DNA of 32,186 nucleotides. Source: Perkinsus olseni (lineage: Eukaryota). Shown piece after piece: positions 23,709 through 32,186 of this stretch. The translations under genes were made by a program, and so were the position numbers. Below the pieces are notes generated by a model. The model was not told the DNA's origin and made no database searches. It saw only the letters and a list, made by a program, of their open reading frames with translations. Numbering within the stretch: position 1 is the stretch's first letter; the number at the start of each line of letters is the position of its first letter. The stretch lies in the NCBI GenBank assembly GCA_013115125.1, contig JABANN010000404.1:1-32186 (forward strand). The letters run 5' to 3'.

Positions 23709-23767
23709 TACAGGAGCAACAACAACAACAGCTGGAGAGTGGTACGCCGCGAGTGACGGACTACATA

Positions 23768-24348
23768 TCAGTCTTCGTCACTCTCGGCCTTGGTGATGCT
23801 CCATCTTGACGAGGCATGGCGGACGGTGCTGTCGAATTGACGGCAGATTCCCCCGTAAAAGCGAGAGAAGACGCTGGAAGCATTCATAGCTGCATGAAGC
23901 TCTTCAACAGCATCGTAGCATTTTTGCGATGCAATGTGATAGGAGCTCATAGGGTTGGTACGAGCCTCTATGCCGGGGAAGAGACGACTGAGAGAAAAGC
24001 ATGGCAGCCAAGATGCGATGAGGATACGTACTTGGTATAAGTATGCTTGGAACACTCGATAGTTTGCGTTATAATGGTTTTATCTTCTATCCCGAAGAAC
24101 CAATGCATTTCCCTTGCTCGGCAGGGGAAGGTCTCGCACTCAGCTTCGTAAGCCATCTCGCAAATGTCACCTAGTGTGTAAACTCTCACGTGTTCCATCT
24201 GACAAGAGAGGACATGACACTGTTGAAAGCTATGCTTCGGTACATCCAGTGGATCGCTTGTCTCATGAGGGGCTACACCCTTGGTGGTGCGGAGTGCAGA
24301 GGCAATGAAGGCACAGGACGCTAAGAAGACGGGGGAGAAGAACACCAT
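23768..24348 (-). CDS. Secreted Cys-containing family, copy 2 (intact, two exons)
   Basis: MVFFSPVFLASCAFIASA signal peptide. Intron 23988-24031 (phase 2). Ends ...CYDAVEELHAAM...FYGGICRQFD...KAESDED*. Confidence 0.8.
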
Positions 24349-25433
24349 TGGAGGTTTGGCTCGGGAAGAGTGGAATCCTGAGGTTGCTCGAGGCAGGCAA
24401 CGACAGGAGTGCCCGCCCGAGCTTTTCTTTCTCCGGGCGCCCAGCAGCTTTTCCCACTGCGCTACTAATGGAACACCGTGAACCACTGTACTCTCGGGGG
24501 CCACTGATGTGGATCGACACGTATTCTCAGCTTCCCAGCGTAGGTTGGGACTCGCGCCTTATCCTGCCTTCGCCGCGGCAGCCGTCAGGCCAACAGACAT
24601 AGTTCTAGCTCTGCGCTTATAGCCTGTCTGCAAGGGTGAGCACTTCTGTCGCAAGAGTGGGTTGAGCGGCCCTCGCCTCACCGTATTCCTGTGTTTTGCA
24701 AGGGAGCCTCTCATGGCGAGTGGAAGCCTTTCCTGACTGGTTCAGTGGTTACTGAGTATAGTGCTTTCCGAGCCGTTAATTGTAGATTGTGTCGCTCCTC
24801 AATACGCTTTTGTAAATAGTCCAATCTTCAACTCTGTCGGAAGGCCGAGCAAATCTCCATCGACCTGCGCCTCCGACGGAGTCGAGGCATCGTGGAGGTC
24901 GGGCTGGGTGGCTATTCAGCTATGCGAAATCCTCCGGCTGATCGTCACAATCATAGTCCGGGACGATTTTCCGTGGCGCGACTCAGAGTTCAGATGCTCA
25001 AGTTCAACGCAAAATCCACTCCCGTGGAGCACTCGACGAGTCGGCCCGACTCAGTCGGGACAGAGCGGCGGGCCGCATTTCTGACAGCGCTAGCTGGCCT
25101 AAGGCTCATTCCTGAGGCTCCCGCGAGCGTAAGGGTTGAGCAAAAGTGCAGCTTACTCCCTTCTCTCACCCGCTCGAGGTTATACCGATTCAGTTAACTT
25201 CTAGATTGCGTCAGCGTCTCAGGGATGACATTTTGTACTCGCTTTCCTGCCAGTAAGAGAAGTGTCACGCGAACCAGAAACTGGCCGAACTAGAGACAAA
25301 GTGGCTCGCGAGGCGTCCGGCGGACGCCGTCCGCATTTACGAGCAGAGCTGGGAATCACGGTCATTGAATATCATCATGGATGAGCTCCACGGAGAGCAC
25401 TTGTTGACCATTGCTTGTTCGCTCAATTGCCAT

Positions 25434-25465
25434 ACTCGAATGACTCGAATGACTCGAATGACTCG
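25434..25465 (+). repeat. Short tandem repeat (ACTCGAATG)x3 plus partial unit
   Basis: actcgaatg actcgaatg actcgaatg actcg. Confidence 0.8.
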
Positions 25466-25658
25466 CTCCGTTGCTCCAGCGGGCGAGACCATGATGTCGA
25501 GGGGCATACCCTAATGGTTGGGAGCCGGCATCACCAACATTCGTAGTCCTCGAGTGACTCGATATGGAAGGGGCCGATTTTGTCGCCGGTAGGCGTCATT
25601 AACCGCAACGTAGATACATTCTGAGTCAAGTGATTGACGTGATCATACAAAGCTCGGC

Positions 25659-27967
25659 TTGGCTGGAGCTGGGAGGAGTAGATGTGCTCTCCGTCGGAGG
25701 AAGAACTCAAGTGCTCACCCTTATTCGAGGTGGAGGGCAATGGCGCAGTGTCAGGTGGCCCCGCCCCGTCTATTAATGAGCCACGCCTTTCTCTTATCTA
25801 TCGACCTGTTATCCGCACCGCTACTGTATTACCATGGCTGTGTGAAGCTAGCAGTTGCTTTTGACGCTGCGATCGACTTGGGGTGAGAGCTGATGGCTGA
25901 GGGCCTCCGACATTCTGCCAATGCTTAGATACGCCTTTGATTGGTTGTTAGGACTGCCGTCTTTTGTCTCTCTTTTCTGTCCAACCAAGTGGTATGCATT
26001 GCACCACGATACGTTCACAGTAGTTGATATAACGATGCCTGGACCGGTATGAGGCTCAATGGCAGATATTTCTATCGACTGTACTCCCTCTCGCGGCTGT
26101 GACGATGAACTTCTATCAAGTAGGGGCAGCATGTTGCCACATAGAGCGGACGGTCTACTCGGCCTAGTCAGATCGATAAGTTGACACTCCGAGGGGAACC
26201 CTTCGCGTACGACACCCACCATACGATAGGTGCTGGCCGATTCTCCAGAAAATCAAAGCGAGCTAAGTCAGGATTCTGCGAGTTGTGGCATAGTTTCTGC
26301 CGTTACCGGCGTGCGTCAGGTTCGTATGGCTTCTGTCGTACATCATGGTGCTGATGAGCTCGTGGGCATTGGGCCTGTTTGCTGTCATTTACACTGCTGT
26401 CACCCAATTCGGCACCGACTGCGGGTCGGGCTTCGACCCCTTGGCGTGGTGCCGATGGTCTGTGAGACCGTTTTTGGGAGTAACCAAGCGACACGCCTGG
26501 GAAAGAATTAGCTCACTTCCTCAGCCGAATGCTTGTGACTGCCGTTTGGTGGTGGGCCAAACACATACATTGGATGAGGAACATGGAGGATCCAACTGTG
26601 CAGTCCTGCCAGAGGTCATCATACCATCATCTACCCGGGTGTACTCAGCCCTGCTCCGTTTGCGAGACTTGGCGAAGTCGGCTCCTCGTCTTGGGCCACT
26701 GAATACTCGAGCGTGACTCCGTCCTAGATAACTGCTCGCTGCCTTTTCGGTTACAAATTACAAAACAGTTTTGGATACAGTCATGACTAAGTCCTGAGCC
26801 CGCCCACAGAGGGGTTTTACGGAGAATTCTCCGATAATGCAGAGGAACAGACTGTATCGAGCCCGCCTCCAGAAAGTGCGAGCGTTGTTGTTGATTATTC
26901 CCATAGGTGCTTGATCGATGGCCCAGAGTAGAGTATCTCGTCATGTCTCCTACGCCCGATGTACTCTGGCATTGCTCGGTAGATCATCCTCTAGTTGGCC
27001 GAGTAATTGTAGCGGTCCGTGTCAGATCGACGATGACGAGGTGGATTGGGTTTCAGAGAAAATGCGCTTCGTCAAAGTGCTCAGTCTGCCTTATCAGAAT
27101 ATAACAAGACTCAACCAATCATTCGGGACACTTACGTCACTCAGCCTCCCTTACAATTTCCTAACGCGACTTGAGGCGGGAGTTCTGCGAATGAACCCAG
27201 GGCTGGAGCACTTGTCCGTAGAGATGAACAATCTGTCGGAGTTGCCGAATGAGGTCTTCAGCATGAGCCGGCTGCTGGGCCTAAGTTTGATGGGGAACCC
27301 GGTGTGCTCGAGCCCTGAGTACGATGGTGCCTTGGAAGACCTGGCTACCCGTGGGGTGTCACCGCTGTGTGGTGACACGCCCTGGGAGAATAAACGGAAC
27401 CATCGGGAGAGAACGCAGAACGATGATTATTCCGAGTGAGGTGACCATTAAGGCATTTGGAGACCACTGACCCTCTGTGTTCCAGATCGCCTGTGAAAGA
27501 TGAAATCATTTGCGGTGCCTCACCGCGGGCCGATCCTCTCGCCTTCGCCGCAGTCTACTACAGAGGGATTTGCGACAAATATGAACACTCGTAAAGCGCA
27601 GTTGCTCCTCGCTGCCTCTCCATTGCTCGTGACAGGCCGAGTAGCGAGTGCTTGGCCGTGTGCGATGAAGTGGCGTCCTGGATCTCCTACACTTCCGAGG
27701 ATGACGACGATATATTGTCTCTCTCCGAGGTAGACCCTGACTCAGCTGTGCCCCGGTGGCAGTCTGGTTGAGTAGATGAACCGCTACCTGCAGCTCATCG
27801 GCATCCGACCCTATTCGTCTCAAGGGGAGATGGAGTGCATGGTCCGCGTCATGGATTGCAGACAGGGCCCGACGTCGCCCGCCTTCCCTCCCACCCCACA
27901 CACTATCGCTATGATGATGTCGGGCGGCGTTACCGACTGCAGGCACTGCCCGTATCATGTCCGATGA
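25659..27967 (+). CDS. Transmembrane leucine-rich-repeat protein, multi-exon (5' end not determined)
   Basis: Hydrophobic exons (FVWLLSYIMVLMSSWALGLFAVIYTAV), then a Cys-rich cap, LRRs (LTSLSLPYNFLTRL, LEHLSVEMNNLSELP, LLGLSLMGNPVC) and a Cys-rich C-terminus ending at TGA 27967. Confidence 0.65.
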
Positions 27968-29094
27968 ATGATGTGGTTAAGTGGAGTTAGACATCCCATC
28001 TTAGACAGCATATGCTCTTCTTCTGACAAGTTGAATGTGTTGTTGGTTTCAATATTCACATAATTGAAGTCGTATTTGTAGTGTAACGTCCAGTGGAAGT
28101 AGACTACTGCTACCATGCTCTTGATGATGATGCCCTCACGTATATACTCAGCCTCTCCCTTATGCGTGGCTTGAGTTAAGCAGTTCTACTAAGGGGTGAT
28201 GACAAGTTCATAACGGCAGCGTCCGACAATGGGTCTCCGTTGTACTGGGGAGTAATGGCGAATAGTTCTCGTCATCATCCTTCAGGGCATTCGTCGAACA
28301 TTCTGGAGGCTAAGAACTTGAGTTCCTCATACACTCCGCGCTACTTGAAATTCTCCACGTTGCCCGGGCTGACGATAACGGGGTCGTTGCATCCGAACCA
28401 GCACTCGCAAGGTGCAGAGGGTGTGCTAGATAGCAACGCTTGTGGCATTTTTCAACCCATCCGTGCGATGAAGAGTCATTCGCCTTGTGCCATGGCCATA
28501 CCCAATCACCGTTCGGGAAGCTCAAAGTTTGTAGCTCTCCCAAAGGGGACTGATTTGTGCACTGTGGATAATGAAGAAGCTCCTGGCGAGCACTTTGCAA
28601 GCTTGGGCAGCTTCACGAATCGTTACAGCCTACGAAAGGCAGAAATTCCAAAGCAAGGCAGGTGCAAACTCTTTCGCCGTACTTAAATTCTCACCGCCAA
28701 TCTCACGGCTATAAAGTTCCAAATTACACCCATTAATCTAAGTTATTATTCTGGGGTTCGAGTGCAAAACTCATCTTTGGACAGTTGTTGAACACGAATG
28801 GCGAATGGCGGAGGTAAGAGGGACTAAACTGCGAACAGCTGATAGCACGTTCGTGTTCGTGGTAACACATCAGGTTCCTGCGAAATGCCCTTAATGTACC
28901 ATAGTGTTTTTGTGATGAATTCACCGATTCGCACGGATGATGCCCGGCGCGAAGTTCCTCTCAATCAGGCCAGCCGCTCTCGTATGTCACGCTTGCACTC
29001 GATACTCGTAATCGACACTTTTAAGGTGTGACATGTACAACAACATCGTGATGAATAATGGAGAATGGCAAAGATTTGCTTCAAGCAATGCAAG

Positions 29095-30101
29095 CTAATG
29101 CAACAGGTTATCATCATCATCCTCCTGTTCGGCCTTACTGAACTGCCAATTCTTCGAAGACTTGGTAGCGTAATGCTCCTTGCAGACAGCGAGATAGAAG
29201 CCAAGGAATCCATCAGAAGTTTTCAGGGCTGCATGGAGCTGCTGTATAGCACCATCGCAGCTGTCCGCTGTGATGCGGTAGGGAGCCAACGGATTAGCCT
29301 CGCTGTCCGATTCAGGGAAGAGGAGACTGAGAAAGCGTGAGGCAGGCACTTACACTACGTCGTAAATCGGCTACTCCTTACTTGGTATAAGTATACTGGT
29401 AGCATTCAATTGATTTCGTTTGAAGGTTATGGCTCACTTCATCGATCTTGAAGTACCAATGCACTTCACCGAAGCGATTAGGGAAGAATTGGACTGCATC
29501 GTGGTACATGAGATGACATATACCATCTTTCGCCGAGATCAGGACACCTTCCATCTGATGAGAGATATTATCGTTCATCAAATTCACTGAGTGATGTTCA
29601 TGCTTCACTACATCTAAAGCATCGCTAGGCTCGTGTGCTGTTATAAAAACCCATGGCACGGGAGTGTGGGAAGGGGATAGCACTCAATGCCCGTATGCTT
29701 GTTATCCGATCAATGGTCGAGGCATTGGTGCTGTCCATGTCTTACGATAGTGTCACACCGTTATATCGGTTGAGTTGGTAAATCAAGTTCACGGTGAACT
29801 GTTCACCATCGTTAGACATCTCCCTACCTAGGATTAAAAAAAAATCTGACAGCATGAGCGCCACAGGGCTGCGTATTTAGCCACTCACTAAGTAACACCA
29901 TGTCTTTGAACGCATGAACAGCGACGGCGTTTCTTCGCTGTGCGGTCTCATGATGTCACAAAGCTTGCGCACGCACACACTCTCGTCCTGCGTGTTTTTA
30001 CTATCGCTGCAATTCTCTCCGCTAACAATATCCTTGGCCGTGCGAACTGCAGAGGCCGCGCAGGCAAGGGCCACGAATAGCATTGAGCAGAAGGTTAGCA
30101 T
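29095..30101 (-). pseudogene. Secreted Cys-containing family, copy 3, interrupted by ~385 bp after the signal peptide
   Basis: MLTFCSMLFVALACAASAVRTAKDI (30101-30028) resumes as TAHEPSDALDVVKH...QME...CHLMY...WYFKID...IECYQYTYTK at ~29641. Intron 29327-29381. Confidence 0.65.
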
Positions 30102-31470
30102 AAGTCTCTTGCAGGAAGGGGGCAGAATGGTGTAAGGAATCGGTTGCTGCCCGAAATGCTGCCTCAAGGGTGCGCCCGAGACATGATCGTGTTCTGGAGA
30201 TCTGCCTCAGTTGCAAGGGATGGTGTCGAACTTCCGAGCGACGCCAGGTAACATTAGCGCGGTCACTCAGAGCGCAGCGATAGCAGCAATTCGCTCTGCA
30301 TCATCTCTGCGGTATGACACTTGTCTACGGCGAGTCTCGCTGGGGCCACTCTCGTGCAAATAGCATACCTAGTGAGCAAGGTCTCGTGCCTTTTGTTCGA
30401 TGCTTGGCAAGCTTAGAATGAGATCAACGCCCCAGTGCTGGGTGTCTCGCGAACTTGGGAGGCCTGATGATGCGAACTTCGATGCGTTCATCTGGTGGAC
30501 TGATGGTGCGTAGCTTTCTAGGAGACTTTGAGAGAGTGAACTCAATTTTCGGAAACTACAGTCATCTGAGTTCAGTGGAGCACCGGAGGTCAGTAGTTGC
30601 CTGCAGAATGGCGAAACGAAGAAGGAAGACAACCAATGTCTCAATGAGTGAAGTAACACAATAACAAGGTTACGCGATTCGCGCTCGAGTTCCGTTACGA
30701 CGGCTTCTGGTTCCTGATGTTACGACTCGTAATATAAGAGACCCAGAGCTTAGGTGACAACTCTCGTGAATGGTAAGAGCTGGAATCGTTTGCAAGTGGC
30801 GACCTCAGCGCTTTCATGGTAGGCGGCCAATGGTCCGTGACAGCGCCCATTCACTGCTGTTACGACGGCCTAGTGTTGATCAAAATGAACGTATACAACT
30901 CCGTCGTGTTCACTCCTCAAGTAGTTTCGCACGTAATTTTCGACCACGGACACCGGAGGCACGGACAGTAAGAACCGCGGGAGATTCTACTGCTAGATAG
31001 AGAAGCCGCTATCCAACGTCGTAGTTGGCAGTAAACATGCGACGCATGGTACACAGCTATTACTCGGTTGCTGACGCTACAGATTTGATGAGAAGCCTTA
31101 CGTCGCCTCTATGGACAACTGTGCCGATTGTATTACTACTCAATGGCAGGCTAGAGAGTGGTACAAGAGTAGTGGCACCCGAATGAGTCCACGGTTTGGA
31201 ATTTGATAGGGCTCAGCGCGACATATTTCAACTATACTGCCCGGCGATAACCGCGCTCAACTGCTTCGTACAATGAAGGGTACGATACTTAAGGAAATCT
31301 TCTGACGAGCCAACCTCCTTGGTCAGGAAACGAGGATTGTTAGACATCCCCGTTCTCATATCGCGGGCGCTCCGTGTGATAGGGTGTTCAGTGGTCTTCT
31401 CTCGCAACGCAAGACTGCCATTGGGCACAGCAACAGCATTTACGGTTAATCGAGGCGTGTAAAGGTGAAT

Positions 31471-32129
31471 CTAGACTTGCAAATGATTAGCATCATCAAA
31501 CATCATGCAGAGGTCAGCAAGCATGGCGGTATAATCGTATAAACTTCCCGGGTGGCTCTGGCCATTATTGATCATCATTTCGTGAAGCTTGTTAACTGCC
31601 CCCTTGCACTCACCCTCCCTGTCGTCAACGGCTCTCCTAACTTTCACAGTGAGACTTAAGACTGGGTCCAAAAGACACGTCCTGCCGGCCTTCAGATGTA
31701 GCGGTCGGCGAGGATCGTTGTTGGTCTCATAGGCGTGTAGTTCGGCAGTGGAGTCGTGGCTGACGAGAAGTGGTGGAACAGCGGCTGAGTACTGTTCACC
31801 TACCAAGTATAGTAGTGGGCAGAGCATTCAAGTTTAATCGTCTTCAACTTGTTCTCGCCTTGGTCGATGGTGAAGCCCCAGGAAGCCAGAACACCGGGGT
31901 GGTCGGGCTTCCTCACCACCAGCCAACAGTCGTTCTCGTGGGAGGGCAGGAAACTGACGGCGCCGCCGTCAATCTGAGAGAGAGGACCGATGCCGCACCA
32001 GTACCGCAGCACGATGAGTCTTACTTCATGGCTCAGTAGCTGATTAACTTTCGTACGCTTTCTGTCACCAGCTCGGCCCAGAGAGGTCAGTGGCAGCAGC
32101 AGTAAGGAAAGTACTGCGTCGAATACTAT
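31471..32129 (-). CDS. Secreted Cys-containing family, divergent copy 4 (no in-frame ATG; ATA at the expected start)
   Basis: WGFTIDQGENKLKTIKLECSAHYYT and CKGAVNKLHEMM...LCMMFD match the family motifs. Intron 31760-31803 lies at the same position and phase as in copies 1-3. Confidence 0.6.
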
Positions 32130-32186
32130 GTGTGGTAAAGTGCGCACACGAAGTGTTGGGGTTCTAGTGGATGTAAATCACACACA

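Noticed and set aside
28240-28686. 148 aa ORF and stop-interrupted minus-strand frames
   Set aside because: No recognisable motifs or consistent splice structure.
20545-29340. Mutually similar + strand ORFs (20545-20868, 23816-24040, 29065-29340), two with signal-peptide-like starts
   Set aside because: Antisense shadows of exon 2 of the secreted family. Acidic GAN codons read as hydrophobic NTC on the other strand, and the splice sites support the - strand.
1-32186. CRISPR array, rRNA, spliced-leader gene or autonomous transposon
   Set aside because: No regularly spaced repeats, rRNA or SL sequence, or transposase/RT motifs seen. CAG/GCT runs are coding poly-Q/A tracts.

Overview
Intron-dense eukaryotic nuclear DNA with many 40-60 bp GT-AG introns and poly-Q/A tracts. 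The gene style suggests a perkinsid alveolate such as Perkinsus (inference). The left ~20 kb is compact: a long coiled-coil gene (-), an intronless pepsin-family aspartic protease (+), a PAN3 pseudokinase orthologue (-), centriolar SAS-6 (+) with a tRNA-Ile(UAU) nested in one intron, and several hypothetical genes. The right ~12 kb is accessory: four paralogues of a small secreted Cys-containing protein (one intact, three damaged in different ways), a 489 bp foldback/MITE and a transmembrane LRR gene. The most unusual signal is non-coding. Three short motif families recur in either orientation, mostly in introns of unrelated genes in the left part: a rigidly spaced ~40 bp element (TCRACCT-N5-GTATCTT-N14-AAGATAC, 6 copies), GCGGAGCGAWGC (6 copies) and isolated tRNA T-arm/B-box remnants (5 copies). 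Exon boundaries and motif counts were read by eye and are approximate.
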